From: Okeania sp.
Lineage (GTDB): Bacteria; Cyanobacteriota; Cyanobacteriia; Cyanobacteriales; Microcoleaceae
Assembly: GCF_035285525.1 (NCBI RefSeq)
Contig: NZ_JAYKGW010000091.1
Location: 1-7,543, forward strand
DNA length: 7,543 nt
Direction: 5' to 3'
Below the pieces are notes generated by a model that was not told where the DNA came from, made no database searches, and worked only from the letters and a program-made list of their open reading frames with translations. Both the position numbers and the translations under genes were made by a program. Positions 5,580 through 7,543 of this stretch are shown in pieces (the stretch's first letter is position 1; every line of letters starts with the position of its first letter).

Positions 5580-5734
5580 CTACTCCCATTAACCTCTAAG
5601 ATTACCGAAAGATTGTAGGTTGGGTTGAGGTATGAAACCCAACGTTTGTGTTGGGTTTTACTTCGTACCGCTACGGGTAAACAAGCTACAACCCAACCTA
5701 CCTTATAGGAAATCTTCCACCGGGAAAGGAGTAG
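5580..5734. repeat. MITE-like nested inverted-repeat element of the GTTGGGTT/AACCCAAC hairpin family
   Basis: Outer arms are CTACTCC (5580-5586) and GGAGTAG (5728-5734). Core arms are GTAGGTTGGGTTG (5615-5627) and CAACCCAACCTAC (5689-5701). Internal arms are AACCCAAC (5636-5643) and GTTGGGTT (5650-5657). An inner stem TTTAC/GTAAA encloses CGTA-CCGC-TACG. Confidence 0.55.
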
Positions 5735-5848
5735 TTCCCTGGCGCTACTAAAAAACTTTTTCAGCCAAACCCAAAATAGTATGACTATACTAGAGAAAAC
5801 TTATATTAACGAATAAATCCGAAAATAATCTTACTCAAAGGTAGGACA

Positions 5849-6226
5849 ATGGTCAAGATTCTCTTAGTAGAAGATAATGAGATGAACCGGGATATGTTGT
5901 CTAGGCGTCTCATTCGTAAAAAATTTGAAGTAGTCATTGCTGTTGATGGTGCTGAAGGTGTGGAAATGTCGATATCAGAAGCACCAGATTTAATTTTAAT
6001 GGATATGAGTCTACCTGTACTAGATGGATGGGAAGCAACCAGAAAAATAAAAGCTAACCCTCAAACCCAAAATATACCAGTCATAGCAATTACAGCTCAT
6101 GCTATGACAGGAGACAGAGAAAAATGTTTACAAGCTGGATGTGATGATTATGATACAAAACCAGTAGAATTTCCCAGACTATTAGATAAGATCAAAAATC
6201 TTATAGGTAAAGAATCAACGAAATGA
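5849..6226 (+). CDS. Single-domain CheY-like response regulator (receiver only)
   Basis: 125 aa. Receiver signature: acidic pair in LLVEDNE, phospho-acceptor Asp in LILMDMSLP, Thr in AITAH, Lys in DTKP. There is no output domain. AGGTAGGA lies just upstream of the ATG. Confidence 0.93.
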   Translation: MVKILLVEDNEMNRDMLSRRLIRKKFEVVIAVDGAEGVEMSISEAPDLILMDMSLPVLDGWEATRKIKANPQTQNIPVIAITAHAMTGDREKCLQAGCDDYDTKPVEFPRLLDKIKNLIGKESTK

Positions 6227-7284
6227 AAAATGACCGGGGTAACTTACTGATTGTAGATGATAATCATGTTAACCGTCACCTTTTAGCTCGGCGAGTTAGA
6301 AGGCAAGGCCATCTCGTAGATTCTGCATCTGATGGGTTTGAAGCTTTAGAGATGATGAGGACTCAGGAGTTTGATTTAGTATTATTAGATATTATGATGC
6401 CAGAAATGAATGGTTATCAAGTCCTGGAAATTCTTAAAGCTGACCCAGAGTTACGCCATATCCCAGTCATCATCATTTCTGCGGTGGATGATCTTGAGAG
6501 TGTCGTCCGTTGCATTGAACTGGGAGCTGAAGACTATTTATATAAACCTTTTAATCCAGTATTATTGAAGGCTAGAATTAACGCTGGTTTGGAGAAGAAA
6601 CGACTTCGAGACCAGGAGAAAGCTTATATCAAGCGATTAGCTGAAGAACAAGAAAAGTCAGAAAAATTGCTTTTAAATATTTTACCAGCACTAATTGCCG
6701 AAAGGTTAAAAAAAGGGGAAAAAACTATAGCTGATAGCTTTAGTAATGTAACAGTTTTATTTGCTGATTTAGTGGGGTTTACCAAAATTTCGGCCAATTT
6801 ATCTCCCGCTGAACTGGTAGAATTACTGAACACTATTTTCTCTTGCTTTGATGACTTGGCCGAAAAATATGGACTTGAGAAAATCAAAACTATTGGTGAT
6901 GCTTATATGGTTGTGGGTGGCCTGCCAACTCCGAGAGAGGATCATCCAGAGGCGATCGCGGAAATGGCGTTAGAAATTTTACATCAAATCCAGGAAATTT
7001 CTGAGAAGCAGGGTAAATCTTTACAAATTCGCGTTGGTATTAATACAGGGCCAGTAGAAGCAGGAGTTATTGGGACGAAAAAATTTGCTTATGATCTTTG
7101 GGGAGATACGGTAAATACAGCTAGTCGTATGGAAGCTGATGGTATTCCTGGTATGATTCAGGTAAGTGAAGATACTTATAATTGTCTTGCCGACAAATAT
7201 ACGTTTCAGGAAAGAGGCATTATTGATATTAAGGGTAAGGGTAAAATGAGAACTTATTTACTTATGGGGAGAAGGAAGAAGTAG
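6223..7284 (+). CDS. Response-regulator receiver fused to a class III adenylate cyclase catalytic domain
   Basis: 353 aa. The N-terminal receiver has IVDDN, LLDIMMP, IISA and LYKP. A charged helical linker ends in the cyclase-transducer-like LLLNILPALIAERL. The catalytic domain has metal Asp residues in FADLVGFT and IGDAYM. It has Lys in KTIGD and Asp in YDLWGDTVN (the adenine-specifying pair), and Asn/Arg in TVNTASRME. The start overlaps the upstream stop as ATGA (6223-6226). Confidence 0.93.
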   Translation: MKNDRGNLLIVDDNHVNRHLLARRVRRQGHLVDSASDGFEALEMMRTQEFDLVLLDIMMPEMNGYQVLEILKADPELRHIPVIIISAVDDLESVVRCIELGAEDYLYKPFNPVLLKARINAGLEKKRLRDQEKAYIKRLAEEQEKSEKLLLNILPALIAERLKKGEKTIADSFSNVTVLFADLVGFTKISANLSPAELVELLNTIFSCFDDLAEKYGLEKIKTIGDAYMVVGGLPTPREDHPEAIAEMALEILHQIQEISEKQGKSLQIRVGINTGPVEAGVIGTKKFAYDLWGDTVNTASRMEADGIPGMIQVSEDTYNCLADKYTFQERGIIDIKGKGKMRTYLLMGRRKK

Positions 7285-7286
7285 AA

Positions 7287-7314
7287 CAGTTATCAGTTAT
7301 CAGTGATCAGCAAT
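7287..7314. repeat. Heptanucleotide STRR-like array immediately after the cyclase stop
   Basis: Reads CAGTTAT CAGTTAT CAGTGAT CAGCAAT. Confidence 0.8.
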
Positions 7315-7316
7315 AA

Positions 7317-7350
7317 GTGTAGGTTGGGTTTCCTTCGTCAACCCAACCAT
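7317..7350. repeat. Short form of the GTTGGGTT/AACCCAAC hairpin repeat
   Basis: A 9-bp stem GGTTGGGTT (7322-7330) / AACCCAACC (7340-7348) encloses a 9-nt loop. TGTAGGTTGGGTT is identical to 5614-5626. No T-run follows on either strand, so this is not a canonical terminator. Confidence 0.75.
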
Positions 7351-7443
7351 AAGCTAATACGCATTTAAAAAGGAAGAAGGAAGAAGTAATTTCTAACTTA
7401 GTTTGAACAGTTTGCCAATTACTATAGTCATTCTGAATAAGAG

Positions 7444-7543
7444 TGGTACAATATAAAGAGTAAAATATAAATCATTTTAAATAATGTCTTACAGTCTAGA
7501 TTTACGAACAAGAGTCATTGATTATATAGAAAACGGAGGAAGT
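7444..7543 (+). mobile_element. Left part of an IS630-family insertion sequence (left boundary not resolved)
   Basis: An extended -10-like TGgTACAAT (7444-7452) lies 32 nt upstream of the transposase ATG. I could not identify the terminal inverted repeat or TA target site, because the other end is outside the window. Confidence 0.4.
7484..7543 (+). CDS. IS630-family transposase, N-terminal 20 codons (partial; continues past the window)
   Basis: MSYSLDLRTRVIDYIENGGS matches the typical N-terminal helix-turn-helix start (xYSxDLRxKVIxYxxxGGS) of cyanobacterial IS630-type transposases as I remember them. Only 20 codons are visible. Confidence 0.6.
   Translation, partial: MSYSLDLRTRVIDYIENGGS

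Noticed and set aside
5632-5751. 39-codon ORF (MKPNVCVGFYFVPLRVNKLQPNLPY...) running through the inverted-repeat element
   Set aside because: It is read straight through the arms of a palindromic repeat. ORFs of this kind are typical mis-annotations of this hairpin family.
5784-5795. NtcA-type site GTA-N8-TAC upstream of the receiver gene (GTATGACTATAC)
   Set aside because: The spacing is 6 nt rather than 8. I found no correctly spaced GTA-N8-TAC in any intergenic region.
6624-6887. 87-aa ORF antisense within the cyclase gene
   Set aside because: It lies fully inside the cyclase CDS, across the linker and the start of the catalytic domain. It is a Ser/Phe-rich antisense artefact.
6223-7284. 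Cyclase as an antiphage signalling enzyme (Pycsar or CBASS-like) next to a mobile element
   Set aside because: It has a canonical phospho-receiver input and the Lys/Asp adenine-specifying pair of housekeeping class III adenylate cyclases. No adjacent effector gene (TIR, transmembrane or nuclease) is present.

Overview
This 7.5-kb window comes from a low-GC cyanobacterium (roughly one-third G+C by eye). Supporting marks are four HIP1 octamers GCGATCGC (292, 482, 2969, 6952), dispersed heptanucleotide STRR-type arrays, and GTTGGGTT/AACCCAAC hairpin repeats. The lineage cannot be fixed from sequence alone; it looks Nostocales- or Trichodesmium-like. There are four complete genes, all on the + strand. 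They are cysS (2030-3496), an AI-2E family transporter (3928-5052), and a translationally coupled pair: a single-domain CheY-like receiver (5849-6226) and a receiver-fused class III adenylate cyclase (6223-7284). An IS630-family transposase gene starts at 7484 and runs off the right edge. About 46% of the window (3455 of 7543 nt) lies outside any credible CDS, including a 2-kb ORF-free stretch upstream of cysS. I see no evidence for a new protein-encoded system. The unusual content is non-coding. It includes two clear tandem repeat families (1-512 and 1556-1993) with promoter-like and terminator-like signals, and a 30-bp segment inverted between adjacent repeat units. It also includes a dispersed GAGATGCACC motif family, a RGATTGCTATA motif present four times, and a nested inverted-repeat element upstream of the signalling operon. 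Finally, a heptamer-plus-hairpin module at the cyclase 3' end is bracketed by a 14-nt direct duplication. All functional readings of these non-coding elements are inference and need transcript mapping and comparative searches.
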